A DNA stretch of 64,000 nt from Utricularia gibba (taxonomy: Eukaryota; Plantae; Magnoliophyta), in the NCBI GenBank assembly GCA_002189035.1, contig CM007989.1, positions 2,294,001 through 2,358,000 on the forward strand, written 5' to 3'. The notes under the pieces were generated by a model. The model saw only the letters and a program-made list of their open reading frames with translations, ran no database searches and was not told where the DNA came from. Shown in pieces: positions 63,985 to 64,000 of this stretch; the first letter of the stretch is position 1, and every line of letters begins with the position of its first letter. The translations under genes were made by a program, and so were the position numbers.

Positions 63985-64000
63985 CTGATTGTCAAAATAA

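Overview
Gene-dense window of a eudicot plant nuclear genome; the species cannot be determined from the sequence. Left to right it holds: a decayed but structurally complete Ty1/copia LTR retrotransposon (1502-6432, TSD GGGTG) inserted in an older coding-like remnant; ubinuclein; a WAT1/UMAMIT transporter; p24delta; an unusual 21-exon gene derived from an ACA8/9/10-type Ca2+-ATPase; a PMT methyltransferase; a glycine-rich protein; a small unknown gene; an intronless ASCH gene; eIF5 with a long uORF; a BPS1-like gene; a possible spliced non-coding locus; MATE DTX54-like; VMA21; DUF616; a SNARE-associated (VTT) protein; an I9 inhibitor; TRS31; an exostosin; HINT2; tRNA-Lys(UUU); VPS2.2; and the last exon of HEN1. 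The strongest novelty candidate is the ACA-derived gene (18480-21985). By my exon reconstruction it is fully open (631 aa) and keeps the calmodulin-binding domain, the A-domain and M1-M4. It has gained four tandem-duplicated phase-1 exons, has altered TGES and PEGLP motifs, and stops just before the DKTGT phosphorylation site. Caveat: six otherwise normal genes carry 1-2 bp deletions in short G/C or GA runs, which looks like assembly consensus error rather than biology. Gene identities come from my recall of family motifs, not from database searches.
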